This document shows, one piece after another, positions 31,048-39,912 of a stretch of 64,000 nt of DNA. The DNA is from an uncultured virus (IMG/VR IMGVR_UViG_3300026167_000080). Taxonomy: Duplodnaviria > Heunggongvirae > Uroviricota > Caudoviricetes. The position numbers were made by a program, and so were the translations under genes. The notes below the pieces were generated by a model, which saw only the letters and a list, made by a program, of their open reading frames with translations, made no database searches and was not told the origin of the DNA. Position 1 is the first letter of the stretch. Each line of letters begins with the position of its first letter. The stretch is taken from IMG/VR virus record IMGVR_UViG_3300026167_000080; one strand, 5' to 3'.

Positions 31048-32148
31048 TTAGGATCCCTGTCTTTGTCTTTTAAAAGTCAAATATTTCCTATTTATTGATT
31101 TAGACCAAAGAAAGCGATAGTAGATTGTTAAGAACAAATTGAATTTTACTTTCTTATTGGATAGAGGTCCCTTATAAAAACATTCACCTGTTTTAGTCCT
31201 TAGATTAGTATATGTAAAAAGATATTCTTCTATAAGAAGATAATTGAAAAAGTCTTCTCCATATTCTTGTCTTATATTAATAAGCTTTTTCTTAGAGATT
31301 AATAAAGGTATTTTATATGTATCTTTATTAATATCTTTATTAATATCTTTATTAGATCTAATGTTTAAACAATAAGGAACAAATACATCTTCTATAAAAG
31401 ATGAGGTTGTCTTAGAATGTTTAGAATATCTCATATAACCTAAGATAGCGTCTAATGCTTCTTCGACACCTGCTAAGACATTCAATGTATCATCCAGTCT
31501 TAATATATGACTATCAGTAAAACTAATGGACCTTTTATCTATATCAATATTGAAAGCTCCATATAGACTGTTAGGTTTAATAAATAGAGAGTCAATATTA
31601 TATTTCAAATCTGCTATCGAAATGATACCTGCACTTAGAATTATCTCTATGCTTCGTGGAAGGTATTGAGAATTAATATCCCAAGGTAAAGGTTCTTCTA
31701 ACATAAAGTTTAGAATAAATATATCATCTAAATCTCTATGAATATTATTTTGTATATAAGTCTTTCCTTTGTCTGTCAAAGAATATATAGGATCTAAAGT
31801 TATCAAATAGTTAGATTTTATATATCCTTTTAACTTTAAAGAAGAAATAACTAAAACTGAATAGGGTGTTCTTCTTGTTACTTCCCTTAAAGTTGAATAA
31901 ATAAGTTTTCCATTGTCGGTGATTCTTTCATATATATTAGCTTTATCTTTCCATAGACCTTCCTTTATTTCTCCTTCTTTAGTACCTCCTAAGATATATT
32001 CATTCAGAATATTATCTATAGTTCTAGCTACTGAAACTATTTGTTGAGCAAATGCATATCTATCCTTTAAGATATACAATAGACATCTTTCTTCATAAGT
32101 AAGACTGTCTCCAGATTTATCTATTCCTTTATTATTAGATCCCATCAT
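31048..32148 (-). CDS. hypothetical protein (possible winged-helix segment)
   Basis: 366 aa; SLKLKGYI...YSLTDKGK resembles a wHTH wing. Confidence 0.6.
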   Translation of the reverse strand: MMGSNNKGIDKSGDSLTYEERCLLYILKDRYAFAQQIVSVARTIDNILNEYILGGTKEGEIKEGLWKDKANIYERITDNGKLIYSTLREVTRRTPYSVLVISSLKLKGYIKSNYLITLDPIYSLTDKGKTYIQNNIHRDLDDIFILNFMLEEPLPWDINSQYLPRSIEIILSAGIISIADLKYNIDSLFIKPNSLYGAFNIDIDKRSISFTDSHILRLDDTLNVLAGVEEALDAILGYMRYSKHSKTTSSFIEDVFVPYCLNIRSNKDINKDINKDTYKIPLLISKKKLINIRQEYGEDFFNYLLIEEYLFTYTNLRTKTGECFYKGPLSNKKVKFNLFLTIYYRFLWSKSINRKYLTFKRQRQGS

Positions 32149-32296
32149 ATATTATCCTGTCCTGTCTCGTCTTATCCTGTCTTATTTATTTATTTGATAA
32201 ATTAGGCATCAAATAAAAATATAGATTTAGATTGAATTAAATTAGGATGTAACGAATTACAACACATTTAAATCTAAATCTAAATCTATATTCAAA

Positions 32297-33685
32297 TTAG
32301 TTAATACGATAAGAGGAGCCAGTTTCGTTCCATTGTTTAATGAAAGACATAGCCTGATCTCCTTCAGATTCTTTCAATATCGTATTTCTATTAGCAATCT
32401 CTCTAATTGCTCTCAATCTTTTCTTTGTCTCTTCATAAAGACTATCGACTAATTCCCCAAAAGGAGAGAGATTACCAAGATCATCAGTCAGTCTATAATA
32501 TAAACTAGATTTCTGTTCTCTCATAGTCTCCCAATAATGTTGCATATACAAAAATAGAGGGACTGGAGATGCTCCATCAACATTAAGAAAAGAATAAATA
32601 TCATTGTTTAAAGATGGCTGTCCATCAGGATTTCTATCCTTAATAAAATAAAACTTTTCATCTTCATCAAGATAGATCTCAGAAAAGTCTATATCAAGAA
32701 GACTACCGGTATTAGTGATTCTACCTTTAGCTGACCTTCGAACAAAGCCCGCTAATACAGCCAAGCCAATGTCTGAAATAGGGGCTTCTACTTGAACACC
32801 CCGTTCTAGTTCCCTATAAATTCTAGTAAGAGCCCAAGAGTTATAAATCTCTTTTACTAACGGTTCAGCAATTGATGAAGTTTCACCTGCTTCATTAATA
32901 ATCTCAATATTAGTTATTGAGGGGTCTAACTTCAACCATTGCTGTCTAAATAGTTGGAATGCTAGATTCTCAACATTAGAGTTATTAGGATTTACAGAAC
33001 TCTTTAGATAATTTTCTTCTTCCTCCATTAAAAAAGCCCTTAACTTTCTAGCTTCGGAATCATTTACATAAAAAGGGATTTCACTTTCCTTAACAGGTAA
33101 AGTATAAGTTCCTTCCCCTGTAATTAGACAGAAGAATACCCATAGATTTGGACTATAGCCACTCAGACCATATCCTTCATATATAGTAAAGGCTATATAC
33201 CTCAAAGCCAACCTTTTCATATTCAGGCGGTCTTTTAAGTTATTAGGCACAACTGGACTGTTTAATATATCCATCGTATTTGGCGGTACCTTATATCGTC
33301 TTGATAAAGCCGATATAAGAATATAATAGGTAGATATTAGAGTACTGTACCACTGAAAGGCTTCAGCAACTACAGATCTTTGTGTCGCCAATGTACCTAT
33401 ATACAAAGGAGTTAGATCATTAGTTGTATAAGAAAGTAATCCTCTTTTTATTTTCCCCTCTTCATTAACTAAACATTTCTTATGCTTAGGATCTGCTGTA
33501 TTCTCAAAGAAGGAGAATAGATCGGTTTCCTCGATTTCTTCTCTTCTCAATCCTCTAGTGGCAAAGTAACCAACGGGTGAGGATAAATATCTAGGTTCCC
33601 TTTTATACGCATTCATCAACTCCTTTAGGAGTCGGGATGTGTATTCATTGTCATCATCTACAGTTCTTTGTTTAAATCTAACCAT
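32297..33685 (-). CDS. hypothetical protein
   Basis: 462 aa ORF with GGAG RBS. Confidence 0.75.
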   Translation of the reverse strand: MVRFKQRTVDDDNEYTSRLLKELMNAYKREPRYLSSPVGYFATRGLRREEIEETDLFSFFENTADPKHKKCLVNEEGKIKRGLLSYTTNDLTPLYIGTLATQRSVVAEAFQWYSTLISTYYILISALSRRYKVPPNTMDILNSPVVPNNLKDRLNMKRLALRYIAFTIYEGYGLSGYSPNLWVFFCLITGEGTYTLPVKESEIPFYVNDSEARKLRAFLMEEEENYLKSSVNPNNSNVENLAFQLFRQQWLKLDPSITNIEIINEAGETSSIAEPLVKEIYNSWALTRIYRELERGVQVEAPISDIGLAVLAGFVRRSAKGRITNTGSLLDIDFSEIYLDEDEKFYFIKDRNPDGQPSLNNDIYSFLNVDGASPVPLFLYMQHYWETMREQKSSLYYRLTDDLGNLSPFGELVDSLYEETKKRLRAIREIANRNTILKESEGDQAMSFIKQWNETGSSYRIN

Positions 33686-33842
33686 TTATCTCTCTCTCTC
33701 TCCTTTATTCCTTTATTCCTTTATTCCTTTCTTCATTTACTATCCACCATTTACCTCCATATTATGAATTTAATATTATGAATCAAGCTCTTACTATTTA
33801 GCTTCTTAAAAGAAATTGACAGTGAACTAAAAGTTGAAAGTA

Positions 33843-34490
33843 TTATTTCTGGAAGACCATTGATAATGAATTATTAAAAGTCTTTTGGTATAGCAATTGA
33901 TCCTCAGTAATAACCAATCCAGAGTTATAGAATTGATACAAAGAGTCGATAGGCACAATTATATAACGACTAGTATATTTACTATAAGGTTCCCAGGTAA
34001 GGCCTGCATAAGGACCTAATAGAGAATCTAATAGCAAATATAACTTGTTATATTGCTTATCGTCGCTTATTGGTCTTTTTACACATAACTTAATACTTTC
34101 TCCATCATTATGAAGAGAACCTTTACCAATAATCCAACTTAATAAAGAGCTTTCATCAAGTTTAAAGTCGGAAGGTAAAGATAATGTAGGAGAGTACCAT
34201 CTAGTATAAAGAGACTCACAATAATCTACATTATTATAGTACCAGACATAATACAGATCTCCACGTTTAATCTCTTCTGACACACTACCTTTAAATTTAA
34301 TCGATCGAGGTAGTGCGGATAACCATAGATTGAATCTATCTAAATCTGCATTACCAAATGCGAAGAAGTATGCTCCACATGAATAATCTCCTAAGAACCC
34401 ATCTTTAATTATAGGATGCTCTAAAGGATTATTAAGATATGTATTACTTTTAGCTTTAGTATCAGTTCTATTTAACTGTATGGTAGGCAT
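33843..34490 (-). CDS. LAGLIDADG-like endonuclease homologue (degenerate)
   Basis: IIKDGFLGD and LLSWIIGKGS resemble the two LAGLIDADG_2 helices; second acidic residue missing. Confidence 0.55.
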   Translation of the reverse strand: MPTIQLNRTDTKAKSNTYLNNPLEHPIIKDGFLGDYSCGAYFFAFGNADLDRFNLWLSALPRSIKFKGSVSEEIKRGDLYYVWYYNNVDYCESLYTRWYSPTLSLPSDFKLDESSLLSWIIGKGSLHNDGESIKLCVKRPISDDKQYNKLYLLLDSLLGPYAGLTWEPYSKYTSRYIIVPIDSLYQFYNSGLVITEDQLLYQKTFNNSLSMVFQK

Positions 34491-34564
34491 GATCTTCCGT
34501 CCTTTTTTAATTTCCTTTTAATCTGAATAAAGCTTTATAAAGCCTTGTAAAACCTTGTAAAACT

Positions 34565-34870
34565 TTAGAAAACGATATATCCTTTACCTGTACAAACATT
34601 ACAAGTAATATAAACTTCTTTTGTATCATTCCATACAAACCCTTGTCCTTCACAACAGGAACACTTATTATCTCGGTCATGCTTATGATCTATATTATGT
34701 CTATTACCTTTTCTGCCCATGCTAATAATATCTTTAAGGTGTTTGACAGTCAGTTGTGAATGAACTTGGTTAGAGTCAATTGGGTTCCTAGGGATATATA
34801 AATAATATATATTAGTTACATTTATCCTGTCTGGTTTTGTTTTAAATGGCTTTTGAGTCTTTATATTCAT
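34565..34870 (-). CDS. small DnaJ-type zinc-finger protein
   Basis: CSCCEGQG and CNVCTGKG (CxxCxGxG x2). Confidence 0.65.
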   Translation of the reverse strand: MNIKTQKPFKTKPDRINVTNIYYLYIPRNPIDSNQVHSQLTVKHLKDIISMGRKGNRHNIDHKHDRDNKCSCCEGQGFVWNDTKEVYITCNVCTGKGYIVF

Positions 34871-34962
34871 AATTCTTTTTAGTGTTTATTTTTGTTTGTA
34901 TTTAGCCTTTTAGAATAGTAAAGTAGTAATAAGAATTTAAGATTAAAAAGTTTTATCAAAAT

Positions 34963-35811
34963 ATGTTTACTTTCAGACCACCTAGCCATTTAAATAAGGC
35001 TAAGGATAAGTCAGGTTTTAAAAGCAATTATGATATTAAATTCATAGACAAATTGTCATCTACTTCTAATACTTCTAATTCATCATCTACTTCTAATACT
35101 TCTAATACTTCTAATAATTCCAATCCGACCTATAAACATTCATCCTGTATTTCTGCTACAACATCAACATCAGTTAACTCAATAGGAGAAACAGTCATTA
35201 GAAAAGGAGAATGTGGAGAAGGGTTACACTGTCCTACCTGTCTTAATATATTTAGTAAAAGTGAGTTATTAGAATTATTAAACTCTCAATATGGCCTATG
35301 TAATAGTGATAGGATTAATAATGAGAATAGACAAAAGGCTGATAATAAGAGAGAAAGTGATAAAAATAATAACGATAGTAAAGATGAGAAAGATGAGAAT
35401 ATGATAAAGAAAAGTATTAAGAGTAAATCTAGAAATATTAAAAGTACTAAAAGTACTAAAAGTAGAAGAAGAAAAGGGAGGCGACCTCATTTAATATGTA
35501 TATATGAAATAAGGAATGAAGTCACGAATAAAGTTTATATAGGAAGTTCGAGAGATACATGTTTAAGATGGAATAGTCATATAATAAGTATCCTATCAAA
35601 GAAGCATGCATCTAAAGCTTTAATAGAAGATTGGAACAAATATGGTTATAGCCAATTCACTTTCAGAATATTAGAGTTAATAGATAATAGATATATCAAG
35701 TCTAATGAATTAAGAAAGCTTGAGCAGTCTTATATAGATAAAGTAGACAATCAAAATCTATATAATCTAAAAAGAGCAAGTGCAAAAACTAAAGTAACTA
35801 AGAAGGATTGA
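34963..35811 (+). CDS. GIY-YIG endonuclease
   Basis: CIYEIRN...VYIGSS...RW..H...E...I...YN. Confidence 0.85.
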   Translation: MFTFRPPSHLNKAKDKSGFKSNYDIKFIDKLSSTSNTSNSSSTSNTSNTSNNSNPTYKHSSCISATTSTSVNSIGETVIRKGECGEGLHCPTCLNIFSKSELLELLNSQYGLCNSDRINNENRQKADNKRESDKNNNDSKDEKDENMIKKSIKSKSRNIKSTKSTKSRRRKGRRPHLICIYEIRNEVTNKVYIGSSRDTCLRWNSHIISILSKKHASKALIEDWNKYGYSQFTFRILELIDNRYIKSNELRKLEQSYIDKVDNQNLYNLKRASAKTKVTKKD

Positions 35812-35833
35812 CATACTTTATCTAAATAAGTTA

Positions 35834-36790
35834 TTAACAAAAAGTAAGTTGTTTACAAAGAGTAAGAGAGTCGTAATTCTCCATATTCTTACAGCTACGT
35901 AAGAAAGACTTAACAATACCTGGAAGTCTTGATTTGACTATTTCTATAGAGGAAAGAGACTTATCTCTCAACCAATTCCAAGTATCCATTAGAAAGTTAG
36001 CATCTCTATTCTTATCCAATTGATATTTTAAATTCTTCCATCCTCCAAATCCTTCAGCTCCCTTTTCAAATTGAAGTAAATTCAATTCTTTTAGGAAGGC
36101 ATTAAAAGGATCATTAGAATCCCCATCAAAATCTATAGGAGGCGCTTCTAACAATATAATTACTGAGCTCAAGAATTCTTTAGTACGTTGTATAGTTAAT
36201 TCTATCAGGGACATAATGAATCCATTTATCCTATCTTTAAGAATAGGCTTTCCGTCTTTTCTATAAGCAACTATATGCTCAAATTTATGAGGAAAGAATT
36301 CAACTACGTAACGACCTGATTGAACTTTACTTAATAGGCGATGAATAAGATTATGTACTGGGTAAAGATTAGAACATTGATTATCCAATACATTACCATT
36401 TATATGATGGATTTCATATATATCTTTTTCTATTACAAATCCTCTACGAATCCAATTAACACCATATTGAAAAAACAATATGACTTGACTCAGGTACACT
36501 CCAAAGCCATTAGGTTTATAAGCTTTATTAGATACAAAGACATCAAAGAAACCCATATCCTTGAGATCATCAATAAGTTCTTTATTATGAGGTGCTGGAA
36601 GATAAGGTCTATTATCTTTAGTAAACCTAATAACAAATCCCAAGTTAAATTGTTCATGATTTAATTTGGGATTAAAAGAGTGATTCTCTCTTCGAATAAT
36701 TTCTAAAGGTTTAAACAGTCTCCTATAGTGGGAAAATAGACTATAGGGTAACCACCTATTCCTATATTCTTCTATAGACTTATAGGACAT
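35834..36790 (-). CDS. HNH endonuclease domain protein
   Basis: EIHHINGNVLDNQCSNL...H. Confidence 0.75.
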   Translation of the reverse strand: MSYKSIEEYRNRWLPYSLFSHYRRLFKPLEIIRRENHSFNPKLNHEQFNLGFVIRFTKDNRPYLPAPHNKELIDDLKDMGFFDVFVSNKAYKPNGFGVYLSQVILFFQYGVNWIRRGFVIEKDIYEIHHINGNVLDNQCSNLYPVHNLIHRLLSKVQSGRYVVEFFPHKFEHIVAYRKDGKPILKDRINGFIMSLIELTIQRTKEFLSSVIILLEAPPIDFDGDSNDPFNAFLKELNLLQFEKGAEGFGGWKNLKYQLDKNRDANFLMDTWNWLRDKSLSSIEIVKSRLPGIVKSFLRSCKNMENYDSLTLCKQLTFC

Positions 36791-37341
36791 AAATTAAGAA
36801 TTATAATTAATATAATTTTATTAAGTGTAAAAGGAGAGAAGGAAAGCTGATTTAACTTCTTCAATATTCTCTTTATTAATCATAAATTTATTTACTAATA
36901 GTACTAATTCCATAGACATGAGAACTCTCCCCTAAACTAAAAGATTAAAAAATAACTTATTAGGATCGAGGATAAATCTCAGTACATATAAATAAATTCA
37001 GCATTCTGAATGATTAGTACCGAGCCTCTGCGGCGTTCACTCCAAGTGTGGCGCATTTGATTTTAATTAATAATGAAAGATAATTAAATAATCATATCTT
37101 TCAACCAAATGACTTAGGGAGCCAGATTATCTTTAAAAAACACATCCCAAAAGGGTAGGTTACAAAAGCAGCGTGTACGACAGAGGGTTGTAAATATATA
37201 TTATGATCAATAAGAGAAAGATTGTAGAATAATATCAACTTCCCTTCCCTTAATTATTAATTATAATACATTAATAAAGGTATTATCAAGTAAGTAGCAA
37301 TAAAACTTTTAGATTATATGAATAAATAATAAATCATTTAA

Positions 37342-37956
37342 TCAATCAATAACAAAACTATTTGCAAAAGTATCCATAGGTTGCTTTAAGTCTTCAATAT
37401 CTACTAAATCAATTTTAGAAAGATCTATAAGTTGAGAATATTCATATAAGAAGTGAGTAATGACTTTATTAGTTATGGTGTGTAATAGATCTTTTCTAAT
37501 TGCAAATATATAAAAGATAGGGAAATTATCTGAATGAATATAATAATCTTCTTTAAGATTTAGATTAATAGGTTCATTTTCATTAATTAATGTTTGAAAA
37601 GAAAAGAGGTAAGACGAATTGAAGTTATTCCCTTTACCTAAATTAGAAAAGTTAATAGTAATCCAATACATAGATCTTATATTGGAGACGTCAAGAGATT
37701 CATTATTAATAGGGGTAGAGATATATTGGAATGTAGCAACCTCATAAAAATCGTCGCTCTGAATTAAAGTTTTATTATTAAGTAATTCAGTATTCTTTTT
37801 AGCACATGCTATTGTTGCCTCTTTCTTAGATTCAAATATTTGTTCTACTTTACTTTCATAATCTTTAGTTCTTACACTATATACTTTGTAGAAGTCAAAG
37901 TTATACCACCCTCCTTCTCCCTTTCCTTTTCCTTTAAATGCTTTTAATATATCCAT
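37342..37956 (-). CDS. hypothetical protein
   Basis: 204 aa ORF. Confidence 0.6.
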   Translation of the reverse strand: MDILKAFKGKGKGEGGWYNFDFYKVYSVRTKDYESKVEQIFESKKEATIACAKKNTELLNNKTLIQSDDFYEVATFQYISTPINNESLDVSNIRSMYWITINFSNLGKGNNFNSSYLFSFQTLINENEPINLNLKEDYYIHSDNFPIFYIFAIRKDLLHTITNKVITHFLYEYSQLIDLSKIDLVDIEDLKQPMDTFANSFVID

Positions 37957-37994
37957 GCCGATCTACGATTTCTCCCTTTAGCTTTAGTTAGAGT

Positions 37995-38621
37995 TTACAC
38001 AGGATACGAATAAGATTGTATAAGAGTTAATAGATGACTCATATATTCGTAGTTAATCAAACTATGAATGCATGCTGACTTTGATATAAAAGCTTCTACA
38101 TCCTTAAGTGTAGAGGGCTCTTCTTCAATTTTACTAATTAGTAAAACCTGATAGGTCTTAAATAAAAAACTACCATCAATTCTAAAGTCTATATCTTGAT
38201 ATCTAAAGAAGACATCTACTAATGGTAAAGAGTATGAGTTATCATCATCATTCTTAGAGTCTTCAATTAAATAGTTATCCGAAATTAGATCTCTAGCATC
38301 TTGAAGATATTTTAGAAAATCTTCTCTATTACTAATAGGACTTTTAGTTCTTAATCTAGGATGCTTATTTTTATTAAGAACGATCTCATCTTCTACAAAT
38401 ACATCTAAATCATTTATAGTCTCAATTTCATTTTTAATTAAAGGAATATATAAGTAATTATTTCCATCAATAGAATTATAATTAGTATCTATAAAGAATA
38501 AACTATAGACCCCTTCAGAATTAGTATCTAGTACAATTGTCTTAAAGAAAGGGGGGATATTTGAATTCTTGAAAATAGATATTAAACCTTGTAAAGAGAA
38601 AGTATGTGGTATATATTTCAT
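37995..38621 (-). CDS. hypothetical protein
   Basis: 208 aa ORF. Confidence 0.6.
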   Translation of the reverse strand: MKYIPHTFSLQGLISIFKNSNIPPFFKTIVLDTNSEGVYSLFFIDTNYNSIDGNNYLYIPLIKNEIETINDLDVFVEDEIVLNKNKHPRLRTKSPISNREDFLKYLQDARDLISDNYLIEDSKNDDDNSYSLPLVDVFFRYQDIDFRIDGSFLFKTYQVLLISKIEEEPSTLKDVEAFISKSACIHSLINYEYMSHLLTLIQSYSYPV

Positions 38622-38673
38622 TTATAGAAAGCAGCTATTAAACCTTGTAAAGATAAAGTATGTGTTATAGATT

Positions 38674-39774
38674 TTATTTATAGAAAGTAGTAGAACCGTC
38701 CGGCTCATCAGTAATTCTCACATTACTTAATAATAGTAGATCTTCTATTTCTTTAATTAAAGGATGATTAGATTCTCTTCTAGCTTGATGTCTTCTCTTA
38801 ATTAACTCAATTATTAATATTCTCTCTATGTCATCCTTATTATTGTCAATCTTATTATCTTCAATAATATTAGGAGTAGTTTGGATTTGGGTTTCGTTAT
38901 AGTTATTAGGAATATAGGAAGTATAATCTAATCCTATTAAAGAAAGAATGAAAGCTAAAGAATTCCATTTTACAAAGAGCTGGTCAATTAAATGTTTTCT
39001 CCCAGTCGATTGAAAAACTACTTGCTCTAAACTTTTATTTATATCGATAGCTAAAGAATAAATATAATTAACCGTTCCCTTCACATCTAAATTGTCTGAT
39101 AGTAATTTATTTACCATTTTTATATGTGGACTATTAGCTATATCAAATAACCTTTTATCCCACATATACTTTAATGCTGTTACATCTTTTAAAGATATAG
39201 CATTGATGATAATAGTATTAACATTTTCTATATGAGAAAGATTCCAACTACCTTCCATATAAATAAACCATTTTAATTTATTCATATTTAAAGATAATAA
39301 AGATTCTTCATCATAACTGTCTACATCAGGAAACCATTTATTAATAAAGTAAACTAGACTATTACCTTTATCTTTTTCTATATCAATCAGTCCAAATATT
39401 TCCTCTTTAGAATCTGGATATATACCTAAAGATTTATCATCATTAATAATGAATAAATTATAGGGAGCTGTTAACTTATCTTTCAATTCTTTTAAAGAAT
39501 AATAAGTTATATAAGAAGTATTAAGAATATTCTCTAACTTTAATCTGTCTGATTTCTCCAATCTATTCTCATTATGTTCATCTATAGAATCATAACAGAA
39601 TAGGTTTACATTAATTCCTTTAAATAGAAGAAACCTTTTTAAGAGCTCTATATATATAAAGTCAGCATAAGCTTTTATTAATTCTTTATCATTCCTATAA
39701 ATATAAATAACATTTATAGATTTTAGATCTAGTAAAGAAATAACTTTATTAGTGATACTATCTCTCAATCTCAT
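38674..39774 (-). CDS. cysteinyl-tRNA synthetase-derived protein lacking catalytic motifs
   Basis: MRLRDSIT N-terminus, IELLKRFL..KG..V segment and C-terminal LIKRRHQARRE...IEDLL...VRITDEPDGSTT match CysRS landmarks; no HIGH/KMSKS. Confidence 0.6.
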   Translation of the reverse strand: MRLRDSITNKVISLLDLKSINVIYIYRNDKELIKAYADFIYIELLKRFLLFKGINVNLFCYDSIDEHNENRLEKSDRLKLENILNTSYITYYSLKELKDKLTAPYNLFIINDDKSLGIYPDSKEEIFGLIDIEKDKGNSLVYFINKWFPDVDSYDEESLLSLNMNKLKWFIYMEGSWNLSHIENVNTIIINAISLKDVTALKYMWDKRLFDIANSPHIKMVNKLLSDNLDVKGTVNYIYSLAIDINKSLEQVVFQSTGRKHLIDQLFVKWNSLAFILSLIGLDYTSYIPNNYNETQIQTTPNIIEDNKIDNNKDDIERILIIELIKRRHQARRESNHPLIKEIEDLLLLSNVRITDEPDGSTTFYK

Positions 39775-39836
39775 ATTAAAAATAAAGATATATACAGAAT
39801 ATTATCAATATAAATCTTCTAAATAAATATATAAAG

Positions 39837-39898
39837 TTTGATCATCTATATATAAAGCAGATATGCTAATACATACTACCTATCTATAGATGATCAAA
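39837..39898 (-). terminator. 14-bp perfect inverted repeat downstream of RNAP gene
   Basis: TTTGATCATCTATA / TATAGATGATCAAA. Confidence 0.55.
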
Positions 39899-39912
39899 TT
39901 AGTAATATTCAA

